From contig DAIDMR010000235.1 in the NCBI GenBank assembly GCA_027448865.1, forward strand, positions 1-45,128: a DNA stretch of 45,128 nucleotides, read 5' to 3'. The translations under genes were made by a program, and so were the position numbers. The number at the start of each line of letters is the position of its first letter. The stretch's first letter is position 1. The notes beneath the pieces are model-generated. The model worked only from the letters and a program-made list of their open reading frames with translations, was not told the DNA's origin and ran no database searches. This DNA is from Vampirovibrio sp. (GTDB taxonomy: Bacteria; Cyanobacteriota; Vampirovibrionia; Vampirovibrionales; Vampirovibrionaceae). Shown here piece after piece: positions 28,630 through 37,900 of this stretch.

Positions 28630-30064
28630 CGGCGTCCATCCTTTCCGCCATCAGAATGGCTTTAATCATACTTTTGGCCTTGTTGCGGGTTTCTTCGTAT
28701 TCGGATTCCGGCACGGAGTGATGCACAATGCCAGCCCCCGCCTGAATATGGGCCGTATTCTCCTGAATGAGGGCGGAACGAATGGCGATGGCCCCATCGG
28801 CGTTCCCACTGGCGTCAATGTAACCCACCATGCCTGAATAAACGCCCCGCTGCTCTGGTTCCAGTTTGGCCAGCAGTTGCATGGCCCGAATTTTGGGAGC
28901 GCCGCTCACGGTGCCTCGGGGGAAGCAGCTTCTTAAAGCGTCATACCCGCTCAGACCTTCCCGGAGCTTGCCGGTGATTTCCGTGGCCAGGTGCATAACA
29001 TGGGTGTATCTGAGGATTTGGGCGATTTCTCCCACGGCAATGCTGCCCGGCAGGCAAATACGGCCTAAATCGTTGCGGCCCAGATCCACCAGCATGCGAT
29101 GCTCGGCCATTTCCTTGCGGCAGGCCCGAAGCTCTTCAGCCAACCCAGCATCATCCGCTTCCGACTTGCCCCGGGGGCGGGTGCCCGCCAAGGCCTTTAA
29201 AGTCACCTGCCCGTTGCGACAGCGCACAAAGGTTTCCGGTGAGGAGCCCAGATAGACGAACTCCGGAAATTTGAGGTAATAGGCGTAGGGAGAGGGATTG
29301 ATGGCGGTCACCGTGCGGTAAATATCCAGCGGGCGGCACTGGACTGGCAGTGAGAAGCGCTGGGCCAGCACAATCTGGAAAATTTGACCTTCTACAATCC
29401 ACTGCTTGGCCTGATGGATGGCCTTCATAAAATCGGCTTTGGGGGTGGCGTACTGGACGGTGTCAAAGACCTGCTCATCACAGAGTTGGGGCAGGGTGAG
29501 CAAGTGGAGTTCCTGAGTTTGCTGGTTCAAGGCCTGCTGGACGGTCTGGAATAGCCGATGGGCTTCTGTCGCTTCCCGGTGAGAGACCAAATGAATGCGG
29601 CGATACAGGTGATCAAAAATAATCACCGAATCGTAAAGCCCCATGTACACATCGGGCACCTTCAACACATCTTCGGCGGGCTGAGGAATCCGTTCAAAAT
29701 ACTGGGTGGTGCCATAACCCAAATAACCCACCCACCCGGCGGTCAGGGGTAAATCACTGTATTCGGGGGGCAAGGCCTCCAGCGGCGGCAAGGTTTCCAG
29801 TTGTAGGGCCCGTAAACGGCCCATGGGGTCGGTGCAGGTTTCCAGTCGCTCGGTACCTTCCCGATGGTTTTGAATAATGGCGGCCCCGTTTTTCAGGCGA
29901 AAACTCAGAACGGCATCCAGCCCGATGATGGAGAAGCGGCCCACTTGGCGGTCCCCGTCGGTGCTTTCCAGCAGAAACATCAGGGGAAAGGAGGATTGCA
30001 GGCGGTGAAACAGGGACACGGGCGTCTCAGTGTCCGACAGGTAGCTTTGGATGGTCAGGGGCAT
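28598..30064 (-). CDS. trpE: Anthranilate synthase component I
   Basis: LLESTDG, GTRPRG, GAPKIRAM and GGAIAIRS-type motifs. 488 aa. Confidence 0.9.
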   Translation of the reverse strand: MPLTIQSYLSDTETPVSLFHRLQSSFPLMFLLESTDGDRQVGRFSIIGLDAVLSFRLKNGAAIIQNHREGTERLETCTDPMGRLRALQLETLPPLEALPPEYSDLPLTAGWVGYLGYGTTQYFERIPQPAEDVLKVPDVYMGLYDSVIIFDHLYRRIHLVSHREATEAHRLFQTVQQALNQQTQELHLLTLPQLCDEQVFDTVQYATPKADFMKAIHQAKQWIVEGQIFQIVLAQRFSLPVQCRPLDIYRTVTAINPSPYAYYLKFPEFVYLGSSPETFVRCRNGQVTLKALAGTRPRGKSEADDAGLAEELRACRKEMAEHRMLVDLGRNDLGRICLPGSIAVGEIAQILRYTHVMHLATEITGKLREGLSGYDALRSCFPRGTVSGAPKIRAMQLLAKLEPEQRGVYSGMVGYIDASGNADGAIAIRSALIQENTAHIQAGAGIVHHSVPESEYEETRNKAKSMIKAILMAERMDADARSATRRDY

Positions 30065-30112
30065 AACGGCAGTGGCTCCAATGCGTTTGATTTAAAGCTG
30101 AAATTCAAGGCC

Positions 30113-30146
30113 AAAAACGAAAAAACAGACCCGGGGGCCTGCTTTC
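30113..30146 (-). terminator. trp attenuator terminator hairpin plus U-run
   Basis: Minus strand: GCAGGCCCCCGGGUCUG followed by UUUUUUCGUUUUU, about 50 nt upstream of the trpE ATG and downstream of the leader ORF. Confidence 0.65.
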
Positions 30147-30178
30147 TGGAAATCTGGAGTCAATTACGAACCATGCTT

Positions 30179-30271
30179 TCAAGGGTAATCAATCCAGCCC
30201 GACAGGCCAGTAAGCGGTTGGTTCCACCACCACTGCTGCAATTGGGTTGGCTGTGTTGCGATTGAAGGCAT
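30179..30271 (-). CDS. trpL: trp operon leader peptide (30 aa) with three tandem Trp codons
   Basis: Hand translation: MPSIATQPTQLQQWWWNQPLTGLSGWIDYP-stop. TGG TGG TGG occupies 30224-30232 on the minus strand. Confidence 0.6.
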   Translation of the reverse strand: MPSIATQPTQLQQWWWNQPLTGLSGWIDYP

Positions 30272-30306
30272 AAAAACAGTAAATTCATCATTGACATTGC
30301 GCTACT

Positions 30307-30337
30307 ATCATAGCCGTTCGTGGGGCTGCTTTGTCAA
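30307..30337 (-). promoter_or_regulatory. Possible trp promoter
   Basis: Minus strand TTGACA (30332-30337) and TATGAT (30307-30312), but the spacer is 19 nt, which is longer than optimal. Confidence 0.3.
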
Positions 30338-30369
30338 GCGGTTATTTGGGACGCCCGGCAGCTCTTGTC

Positions 30370-30402
30370 AAAAGCGTCCGCCCACTGGGGGCAGACGCTT
30401 TT
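30370..30402 (-). terminator. Probable terminator of the bfr-like gene
   Basis: AAAGCGTCTGCC / GGCGGACGCTTT stem (one mismatch) about 30 nt after the stop. The U-run is short. Confidence 0.45.
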
Positions 30403-30432
30403 GAGAAGGGGTGTTTTAAAGAAAGACGCTGG

Positions 30433-30867
30433 TTACTTGCGCATCATTTTGCGCACTTCCCCGATATGGCTTTCCTCTTCGGCCACCATGCGCCGGGCGA
30501 ACTCTTCAAACATGACTGACTTATCTTTCACTAAATCCAGAAGCTCCTGATAGAGCTGCATTTGTCTGGACTCATGGGTCAGGGACTCTTCCAGAATGCT
30601 GAAGATATCGTGCTTATGGGTTTCCAGCAGTTGGCCAATACCCAGGGAGGGGTGTTCTCCCAGATGGGTAATCAGCTCACCCGTTTCCTGGGCGTGCAAT
30701 AAGGATTCACTGGCCTGACTTTTGAGCCAGGAGGTAATGGGGATACGGTTGGGGCCAAAAACCATAAACGAGTAGTGGGTATAACGCACCACACCGGCCA
30801 ATTCCATTTCCACAATGCGGTTCAGGGTGTCCACGACCTTGGGAATGTCGAATGTATACTCCGCCAT
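30433..30867 (-). CDS. bfr: Bacterioferritin-like di-iron protein
   Basis: 144 aa. Ferroxidase-type ligand spacing: MELAGVVRYTHY, ESLLHAQE (ExxH), THESRQ and EEESHIGE (ExxH). Confidence 0.7.
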   Translation of the reverse strand: MAEYTFDIPKVVDTLNRIVEMELAGVVRYTHYSFMVFGPNRIPITSWLKSQASESLLHAQETGELITHLGEHPSLGIGQLLETHKHDIFSILEESLTHESRQMQLYQELLDLVKDKSVMFEEFARRMVAEEESHIGEVRKMMRK

Positions 30868-31032
30868 TGGCTCTCTCCTTGTTGTCTTTTAATGTGTTGA
30901 GAATAATGACCCGTTTCGATTGATGTTGATCTTACCGGAGAGTGGTGCCATCTCCAAATGAATTTGCGAAAGTCGTCAAAATCGGTATTTTCTAGTGAAT
31001 TAGCCCTTGCCTAAAACGTCAAAGTCGCACGC

Positions 31033-31072
31033 AAAAAAGCCCGAGTGGTTTTTCTGAAACGACTCGGGCTTT
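31033..31072 (-). terminator. Intrinsic terminator
   Basis: AAGCCCGAGT / ACTCGGGCTT stem with a T-run on the minus strand. Confidence 0.65.
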
Positions 31073-31118
31073 CATCATAGAGAGCAGGCGTTTTTTCAGC
31101 ACATTGTCTGCGGAAACT

Positions 31119-31565
31119 CTAGTTCAATATGTTGAAACTTTGAGGCGAAATCTGTATTTTGCCTTGCTGCATCAGTCGTGCGACTTGAAGCCATTTGGTC
31201 ACATTGGGGGCCAGCAAGCTACCGGCCAGTTCCACCAATCCTAATTTGCCGTTTCCGCTGGCCTCTTTGGACAAACGGGCGGCCTTGTACTGTTTGGGGA
31301 ACAGCAGGGCGATGGGCAGGTGCAGGATCTTCCCGTCGGTCAGGCCCAAGCCATCGTACAGTCGGGGGGACACCATCTGTATGCCGTTCATCAGCCATCC
31401 GTCTTTCTTCTTCTTCACCTGCTGAGTGACCAGCGTATCCGCCACATCCATGGCATGACGTCCCAGTTGGGTACCCGTTAATCGCGTTGCTGACTCCGCG
31501 ACTTTACGTACACGCTCTGGAACAAGGCTGTAAGCAGCGGATTCAAGACGACTTAGCTCAGGCAT
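31119..31565 (-). CDS. Hypothetical protein
   Basis: ORF with ATG at 31565 (MPELSRLESAAY...). No recognisable motifs. The tracked ORF extends to 31652. Confidence 0.5.
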   Translation of the reverse strand: MPELSRLESAAYSLVPERVRKVAESATRLTGTQLGRHAMDVADTLVTQQVKKKKDGWLMNGIQMVSPRLYDGLGLTDGKILHLPIALLFPKQYKAARLSKEASGNGKLGLVELAGSLLAPNVTKWLQVARLMQQGKIQISPQSFNILN

Positions 31566-31964
31566 AATGTGAAATCTCCCAGAGTTGTTACAGGTGTTGC
31601 GTGCGTTATGGATACTGGTTTCGTGACCATCTGCACTAATAAAACATCTCAACGCAAGTTTGGAACAGGAGAAATGTCCTATCTTTATTTTTCTGGGTCA
31701 GGTAGGTCTTTACAGAGAAGGATCAGAAGGCCCTGTCTACGGTCAGGCGAAGTCTTGTGGTTGTAGATGGAGTGTTAAAAAATGTAAATGTCTGGGCCGC
31801 CCTGGTTCAAGCAATCCTTGAAGTTCCCGAAGGGCTTATGAGACCCGAGGGCTGGCGGCCAGTTGTAGCACATTCCAAATGCTAGCAAGAAAATAACTTG
31901 TGGGGGTTTCATAGGGTGGCAGTGGTTGATACCGATGTCGCATTGATGTTACCGCAAGGATTGA

Positions 31965-32816
31965 GTGGTTCCGTTACAGATGGTTCTTGCCTCCAGAGAG
32001 TTTACGCCCCCTTCTGCCCTGTCGTTTCCTGTCCAGACTGCTGCCGGGACACCCCTTCAGCCCGAAGCGGCCGAGGCTTTGCTGATGGCGTTGCGGCAGA
32101 ACCGCTGGCAGCGTTTACGCCCTGAATATGATGATCCCATTGGGATGTTGTTCAACAATCAGGCCCGACAATGGACGATGGGCTGGAACGAAAATCAGGA
32201 TGCGCTCTATCTGCTGGTGTGGGAAACGGAATCCTGGCAAGCGCAGGCCGTGTGGTCGTTATATCGCAATGGAGAGCTGCTTTACCGGGAAGCCGACGGC
32301 ACTGCCAGACGACGCAATACCCTTTGTCAGGAGCTATTGGAAAGTCCGCTGCTTCCTTGTATTTCTGCCCTGGAGCTATTGAATCCGTTGATGGATTTTC
32401 GTTACTTTGAGCCCCAGCGGGAAGCCGCTGCCCAAAAGCTGATCCAGACACTGCTGGCTCGGCCTGAGGTTTTTCAAGCCCTGAAAGCACCGCTGCTGGA
32501 GACCTTGGACGCTGAATTGCACAGCCCGGACTGGCCGGTTCTGGATATTTTGAAGTTACATCGGGTTACTCACAAGCTGACCCTGCTTTCTGTGGTGGAT
32601 GCTGGCTTGAAACAAGGGTGGATAAGACAGCCACAGGACTTGCGGCGATTAAGCCAGAGTTTGGACAGGCTGGAGCGCTGCATGGCCTTTTTACAGGGGC
32701 AACTGTCCCGGTTATTTCAGCCGGGTTTGAGCCAGGCCCGCCAATCGCTCTCTCGGCTCTGTGGGCAGAGGTACTGGGACGGGGTTATCGAGGCCCGGGG
32801 CCGGGTTACAGTTTAA
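31965..32816 (+). CDS. Hypothetical protein
   Basis: 283-aa ORF with GTG start (ATG alternative at 31980). No recognisable motifs. Confidence 0.5.
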   Translation: MVPLQMVLASREFTPPSALSFPVQTAAGTPLQPEAAEALLMALRQNRWQRLRPEYDDPIGMLFNNQARQWTMGWNENQDALYLLVWETESWQAQAVWSLYRNGELLYREADGTARRRNTLCQELLESPLLPCISALELLNPLMDFRYFEPQREAAAQKLIQTLLARPEVFQALKAPLLETLDAELHSPDWPVLDILKLHRVTHKLTLLSVVDAGLKQGWIRQPQDLRRLSQSLDRLERCMAFLQGQLSRLFQPGLSQARQSLSRLCGQRYWDGVIEARGRVTV

Positions 32817-32938
32817 GCGAACATTTGGTCGTTATTTTGGCCCGTGATTTTGGTATGATGAGCTATATCTTGCTGGCCTGCCGTTATTGATGGCGCCACA
32901 ACGCGTCCCCTCCCTAACCTTGTGATTGCCTTTTCGCC

Positions 32939-33529
32939 ATGAATTCCTATCGTAAACTGGTTATTTTTGTTCTATCCGCCCTGCTGTTGGGGGGAGGCTG
33001 GGCCATCTGGAGTGCCGATCAGAAGTTGAAGCAGGAGGAGGCCTTGCATCGCCAGCAACAAGCCTCTCAAAACAAGCAGGACAGTATGACTGGCCAGAAT
33101 GTCTCCTTCACGGTGACTGAAGGCAAAGTGAAAAAGTGGAAACTGGAGGCGCTGAATGCCGTTTACAGTGAAAACAGGGCCCAAGCCACTTTAAAAGAGG
33201 TGAAAGGCGAATTTTATGACGCCGAAGGAAAGCCGGTTTTGCGGTTTTCCGCACCCAAAGGGCTATATCTGGCCAAGGATAACACGGTGACCCTCAGTGG
33301 TGGCGTCATCGCCAATTCGGCTCAAAAACAGGATAACGGGGGCAAGGGCGGCCAAATGAAAGCGCCCACCATGACCTGGAGCGGCAAGTCCGATTGGGTT
33401 ACAGCAAAAGGTGGAGCGGAGCTGACATTTCCGCAAGGAAAATCCACTGCCCAAACGTGTCGATTTACGCTGGATTTCTCTAATATTCAATTAGAGGGCG
33501 GAGTGAACTCTTCACTCAGTCCGCTATAG
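32939..33529 (+). CDS. LptC-like periplasmic protein with N-terminal anchor (tentative)
   Basis: N-terminal TM LVIFVLSALLLGGGWAIW followed by a beta-rich region (KWKLEALNAVYSENRAQATLKEVKGEFYD...TVTLSGGV) resembling the OstA/LptC fold. Confidence 0.45.
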   Translation: MNSYRKLVIFVLSALLLGGGWAIWSADQKLKQEEALHRQQQASQNKQDSMTGQNVSFTVTEGKVKKWKLEALNAVYSENRAQATLKEVKGEFYDAEGKPVLRFSAPKGLYLAKDNTVTLSGGVIANSAQKQDNGGKGGQMKAPTMTWSGKSDWVTAKGGAELTFPQGKSTAQTCRFTLDFSNIQLEGGVNSSLSPL

Positions 33530-33569
33530 TCATAAACGCGAAATCTGCGTCATTTCGACGGATATTTTT

Positions 33570-34550
33570 ATGACCGCAGCTCCCTGGAACCTGATTTTAA
33601 TCGTGGCAGGCGGATTGGCCTGTCTTTTGGCGTTGGGTGGAGGGGTGCTTTATTTCCGGTTCAGTAAGCGGAATGCTTCCTGGTACTACAATAAAGGCAT
33701 TGATTATTACCAAAACAACAATTTAACCAAGGCCATTGACTGTTTTACCCGAGCAACCACATTGCAACCGGACTTTGCCGAGGCACACTACAACCTGGGC
33801 CTGATTTATCAGCAGCAGGAAAACGCCGCTAATGCCAAGCAGTGTTTTGAAAGTGTGCTGGCCATTACAGCGGATGATTTGGAAGCGCTTTACAACCTGG
33901 CCTTAATAGAATATGAAGACGGTGCTTATCCCCAGGCGGAGGCTTTGCTCCGCAAGGCCCTTGAAAGCGCGCCTGAGGATGCGGATTGCTATTACATACT
34001 GGGCCTGGTTTACGAGGCTGACAAAAAGTTGGCCGAGGCCATCGAGGCGTTTCAAAAAGCCACGGAGTACGACGCGACCAATATCAATGCGTTCCTCTTT
34101 CTGGGCAAGTTACAAGATCAGGCCGTTCAACTGGCGGAAGCCATTCAAAATTTTAAAAAAGTGCTGGAACTGGATCCCAACAATCTGGAGGCCAATTATG
34201 ACCTCTCCATCTCTCTGGCCAAGAAGGGGGATTGGGAAGGCACCATTCAGTACAGCCAGAAAGCCATTCAGATCGATCCCAACTACGCCAAGGCTTACAA
34301 CCAGTTGGGTCTGGCCCACTATTGCCAGGAAGAGATGCCGGACGCCATTGCGTTCTACCGCAAGGCCATTGAAATCGATCCGGCCTACGGCAATGCTTAC
34401 AACAATCTGGGCTACGCCTACCAAAAAACGGGTCGGTACGCCGAGGCCATTGAAATGTTTGAACAGTACCTGAAAATCGGCACCGATGCGGAAGAAGAAC
34501 TGGAAATTCGCGAGCATATCGACCTGCTCAAGAAAAAAATGCTGGAATAA
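33570..34550 (+). CDS. TPR-repeat protein with N-terminal membrane anchor
   Basis: Repeated AxxxYNLGLxYxxxGxxxEAIxxFxKALELDP-type units. Confidence 0.85.
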   Translation: MTAAPWNLILIVAGGLACLLALGGGVLYFRFSKRNASWYYNKGIDYYQNNNLTKAIDCFTRATTLQPDFAEAHYNLGLIYQQQENAANAKQCFESVLAITADDLEALYNLALIEYEDGAYPQAEALLRKALESAPEDADCYYILGLVYEADKKLAEAIEAFQKATEYDATNINAFLFLGKLQDQAVQLAEAIQNFKKVLELDPNNLEANYDLSISLAKKGDWEGTIQYSQKAIQIDPNYAKAYNQLGLAHYCQEEMPDAIAFYRKAIEIDPAYGNAYNNLGYAYQKTGRYAEAIEMFEQYLKIGTDAEEELEIREHIDLLKKKMLE

Positions 34551-34563
34551 GGCAGAAAACCTG

Positions 34564-34833
34564 CTATCGCTGCCCGAACACCGGTTCCAGTTGCAGGGCC
34601 ACCCCGGAAATTTCTGTGTCCAGGAAGGCCACTTTCTTCAGGGGGCCAGCCCCTTGCTTTTCAATCAGTTTCGGGGCAGCCGGATTGGCCATTTTAATCA
34701 GCTGCTTTATTTCTTCATAAAGCTGGGTGGCGTTATCGGCGTATAAAACCAACGGGGTGGCCAGAGAACGCATAAACACCAGCACGCAAACCTGCAGGTT
34801 GGGCGGTAACGATGATGATGGGCTGGCGGACAT
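34564..34833 (-). CDS. Hypothetical small protein
   Basis: 89-aa ORF. An internal ATG (MRSLATPLVLYADNATQLYEEIKQLI) is an alternative start. Confidence 0.45.
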   Translation of the reverse strand: MSASPSSSLPPNLQVCVLVFMRSLATPLVLYADNATQLYEEIKQLIKMANPAAPKLIEKQGAGPLKKVAFLDTEISGVALQLEPVFGQR

Positions 34834-34944
34834 CGGCCTCTCTCACTTTCACTTTTCCCGACTGTATTTATTTATATATAAGGGTTGATCACCAGAAGCG
34901 CAACCACCACACAACCCAGCCCCTGAAAACTAGCCAATAAAAAA

Positions 34945-35018
34945 TGGCATAGGCTGGAATCGAACCAGCGACACCGCGGGTATGAACCGCGTGCTCTAGC
35001 CATCTGAGCTACTATGCC
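34945..35018 (-). tRNA. tRNA with CAT anticodon (Met elongator, or Ile2 if lysidine-modified); CCA not encoded
   Basis: Hand fold: GGCATAG-TA-GCTC-AGATGGCTA-GAGC-A-CGCGG-TTCATAC-CCGCG-GTGTC-GCTGG-TTCGATT-CCAGC-CTATGCC-A. Confidence 0.85.
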
Positions 35019-35109
35019 ATGGGTAATTATTATGGGTTGAATGGAGGGTGCTTGTCAACCAAGGGGGCCGCTATAATAACCATATTGTTAATATAGACCC
35101 CCAGGAAAC

Positions 35110-35487
35110 ATGAGTAGCCCCAAGGAAGACCCCGAACTCAATCCGGCGAATCGTTGGTACGACAGCGATCCGGTGCTACAAAGGGCACTGGGACAATTGC
35201 ATCAGGCCACCGATAAACAACAGGCTCAAGTGGCCCTCAACATCATCAAAATCGTGGTGGAGCACCAGATGGAAGACCAGAGCAACGTGGCCATTGAGGA
35301 GCTGGATAGTACCCTGCCCTATCGCCGCTCCTGGGACGATCACCGTCAACACCGCCGTTGGTATGACATGCACGAGACCTTGAGTTCGGCCATACAGCTT
35401 TTGGGAGACTGCCCCGAGGATTTGCAGGTCAAAATTATCCCATCGATTGCCCAAATGATTGAAAAGACCATCCAGTCCGGGCGGTAA
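35110..35487 (+). CDS. Hypothetical protein
   Basis: 125-aa ORF with protein-like composition and no recognised motif. Confidence 0.5.
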   Translation: MSSPKEDPELNPANRWYDSDPVLQRALGQLHQATDKQQAQVALNIIKIVVEHQMEDQSNVAIEELDSTLPYRRSWDDHRQHRRWYDMHETLSSAIQLLGDCPEDLQVKIIPSIAQMIEKTIQSGR

Positions 35488-35511
35488 GCCCAAACTACAG
35501 GGGTTTTTCTC

Positions 35512-36186
35512 TTATTGCTCGTGGAAGAAGCCGCCCCCGCAAACAATTTCCACCACTTTTAGTAAAAAGCGGCGGGGTGCATCGGCCTGGTGAAAGTAGA
35601 TTTCTTCTCCAGATAAGTGCTTCATGCTCATGACCGCTGGGGCGGTGGGATCGGCAGGGATATATAAAGAAGCGATTTCCTGATGAATCAATTCCGAAAA
35701 GGAGGCGGCGTGCAGGTTGCTGCGGGTATCCAGGAAATCCCCGTTCAGGGCGATAATACGCCCGGTGAAAACCGGCGGGCGTCCCGGTCGGTTTAAAGCC
35801 AGCGGCTTGGTATTGCCCCGCGTGGTAAAGCTGATGGCGTGCCACAAAATTTGCAGGATGCCCACGGAGCGATCCGGATCCATTTGAGAGCGGATTCTCG
35901 GTAGCTGGGCCTCTTTCCCTTCCAGATTGCGGGCTTCAAAGGCGGACTGGAAGCATTCCACAAAATTTTCCATGTCCTGCAACAGGTAGTCAAACACCTG
36001 ATGCGTGTTTCGCATGGCCGCTTCATGCTCGCTTAACTGCTTTTGCATGTGGGCGGCCAGCATGTCCACCTTCTGCTGAATGGCCTTTACCGCGTTGGGT
36101 TCATAAAACACGCTACCCGGCCATACATCGGCCACTTTGCGAGGCAAAGGGCCACCCTGGAGAGATTGATCTTGTAAATTTGCCAT
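35512..36186 (-). CDS. Hypothetical protein
   Basis: 224-aa ORF with no recognised motif. Confidence 0.5.
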   Translation of the reverse strand: MANLQDQSLQGGPLPRKVADVWPGSVFYEPNAVKAIQQKVDMLAAHMQKQLSEHEAAMRNTHQVFDYLLQDMENFVECFQSAFEARNLEGKEAQLPRIRSQMDPDRSVGILQILWHAISFTTRGNTKPLALNRPGRPPVFTGRIIALNGDFLDTRSNLHAASFSELIHQEIASLYIPADPTAPAVMSMKHLSGEEIYFHQADAPRRFLLKVVEIVCGGGFFHEQ

Positions 36187-36300
36187 AAAACGCTAACCAC
36201 GCCTCTATTCTGGAACGGAAGGAACCACGCCGGGGAACCTCCTTATGAGCGGATGTCCACTATTTTAAATGAATTGGGGCATATTGTTGCCGTGTTTTTC

Positions 36301-37629
36301 TCAAACTTTGGCCGGTACTTTATCCGGGGTGACCTTGCGACGGCCAATACTGACGTAGTGGTAACCCAGATTCTTCATCCGCTCCGGATTGAAGAGGTTT
36401 CGGCCATCCACGATCAGCCGGCAGTCGCTTTCCTGGCGCAAACGCAGGAAGTTAATGTAGGCGAACTCGTCCCACTCGGTCAGGATGGCAATGGCATCGG
36501 CGCCTTGGGCCGCTTCGTAAGCGGAGTGACAGTAGGTGACATCGGGGAGCAGCTCTTTGGCAGGCTCCATGGCCAGCGGATCGTAAGCCCGAATCTTGGC
36601 CCCTCGCTTTTCCAGCCCCCGCACGATGGTCAAGCTGGGGGTGTCTCGCAGGTCATCCGTATCCGGACGGTAGGCGATGCCCCAAATGGCGATGATTTTA
36701 CCGGACAGGTTCTTGCCCAGCGCCTCATCAATCTTTTCAATAAAACTGATGCGCTGATAGCGGTTGATGATATCCACCTGCTTCAGCAGATCCAGATTCA
36801 AATGGTACTCTTCAGCGATATTAATGAGGGAGTTGAGATCTTTGGGGAAAAAGATGCCGCCGTAGCCAATTCCGGCGTTCAGGTACTCTTGCCCGATGCG
36901 GCGATCCAGGCCCAGGCCCCGGGCCACGCTGGTGATATCGGCCCCGGTTTTTTCGCAAATTTGGGCAATGGAGTTGATAAAGGAGATTTTGGTAGCCAAA
37001 AAGGCGTTGGTGGCGTGTTTAATCAACTCGGCGCTGTTGGTATCGGTCATGAGGATGGGGGCGTTCAGGGGGCGATAGATTTCCACAATGGTATCGATGG
37101 CCCGTTTGCTTTCGGCTCCCACAATAATGCGGTCGGGGTGCATAAAGTCGTTGACTGCGTGGCCTTCTCGCAAAAACTGGGGCACGGCGGCAATGTCAAA
37201 CTCAATGCCCTCGGGCACCTGCTCCTGCAAAAGGGACTGGAGCCATTCCCCGGTTTTAATGGGCAGGGTGCTTTTCTCGATAATCAGGCGATAGCCGTTA
37301 ATGCCTTCGGCAATGCTTTTCACCGCCGCCGTCAGGGCGCTAAAATCGGGTTTGCCAGAAGGTAGCAGCGGGGTGCCGATGCACAGGAAAATCACTTCGG
37401 AGTTCCGGACGGCTTGCACGATATCGGTGGTAAATTCCAGGCGCCCTTCTTCCCGGTTCCCCCGGATTAAGGGTTCCAGCGCTTCTTCATAGAAGTGGAC
37501 TTTGCCTTGCTGAAGATCCCGCATGCGGCCTTCTTTCAGATCGGCGCAAACCACCTGGTGACCCATTTCAGCCAGACACGTTCCGGTTACGGTTCCCACA
37601 TAGCCCGACCCAATCACGGCGATTTTCAC
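36301..37629 (-). CDS. ugd: UDP-glucose 6-dehydrogenase
   Basis: MKIAVIGSGYVGTVTGTCLAEMGHQV Rossmann motif, catalytic-region GGIFFPKD, 442 aa. Confidence 0.9.
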   Translation of the reverse strand: MKIAVIGSGYVGTVTGTCLAEMGHQVVCADLKEGRMRDLQQGKVHFYEEALEPLIRGNREEGRLEFTTDIVQAVRNSEVIFLCIGTPLLPSGKPDFSALTAAVKSIAEGINGYRLIIEKSTLPIKTGEWLQSLLQEQVPEGIEFDIAAVPQFLREGHAVNDFMHPDRIIVGAESKRAIDTIVEIYRPLNAPILMTDTNSAELIKHATNAFLATKISFINSIAQICEKTGADITSVARGLGLDRRIGQEYLNAGIGYGGIFFPKDLNSLINIAEEYHLNLDLLKQVDIINRYQRISFIEKIDEALGKNLSGKIIAIWGIAYRPDTDDLRDTPSLTIVRGLEKRGAKIRAYDPLAMEPAKELLPDVTYCHSAYEAAQGADAIAILTEWDEFAYINFLRLRQESDCRLIVDGRNLFNPERMKNLGYHYVSIGRRKVTPDKVPAKV

Positions 37630-37799
37630 TGGCCAACCCTCGCTTTCCTACAAGTATCACGTGAACTCTCTTCCTTTACTTTACCATAAAACTAGACGCT
37701 TCAAGGGGTTTGAGCCCAAAAATGCTGGTGTCATCAAGACACCAAGCTCTTTCAGGCTATTGGGGTCATCCATTGGGAGGAAATCCTCCCCGGTCACAC

Positions 37800-37827
37800 T
37801 CAAGTTTTTCTCCAAACACACCGAGAG
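37800..37827 (+). promoter_or_regulatory. Possible sigma28 (FliA)-type promoter for flagellin 1
   Basis: TCAAGTTT-N12-ACCGAGAG compared with the enterobacterial consensus TAAAGTTT-N11-GCCGATAA. Partial match only. Confidence 0.3.
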
Positions 37828-37900
37828 CAAAATCAACAATCCTGTCAAACACTGTCGCCAAGGAATGGCGGTGGCGGAAACGTTAAGGAGAACGTGCCGT

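Noticed and set aside
30065-30320. T-box riboswitch upstream of trpE
   Set aside because: GTGGTGGAACCAACCGC superficially resembles a T-box core. However, the canonical T-box motif and a specifier-loop architecture are not evident. The same bases are better explained as the three in-frame Trp codons of a leader ORF followed by a terminator.
30307-30337. Strong promoter call for the trp leader
   Set aside because: The hexamers are good (TTGACA, TATGAT), but the spacer I count is 19 nt. I kept it only as a low-confidence feature.
30880-30935. Fur box upstream of the bacterioferritin-like gene
   Set aside because: TGAGAATAATGAC...GATTGAT only partly resembles GATAATGATAATCATTATC. That is too weak to call without a matrix scan.
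33913-34473. 186-aa same-strand alternative-frame ORF inside the TPR gene
   Set aside because: It is an off-frame reading of a repetitive TPR gene. The R/K/P/W/T-rich translation has no fold-like pattern, and the absence of stops is explained by the repeated codon structure.
36253-37365. 370-aa plus-strand ORF
   Set aside because: It lies entirely antisense to the UDP-glucose dehydrogenase gene, which has an unambiguous Rossmann motif. Its G/A/V/D-rich low-complexity translation is typical of the antisense frame of a GC-rich gene.
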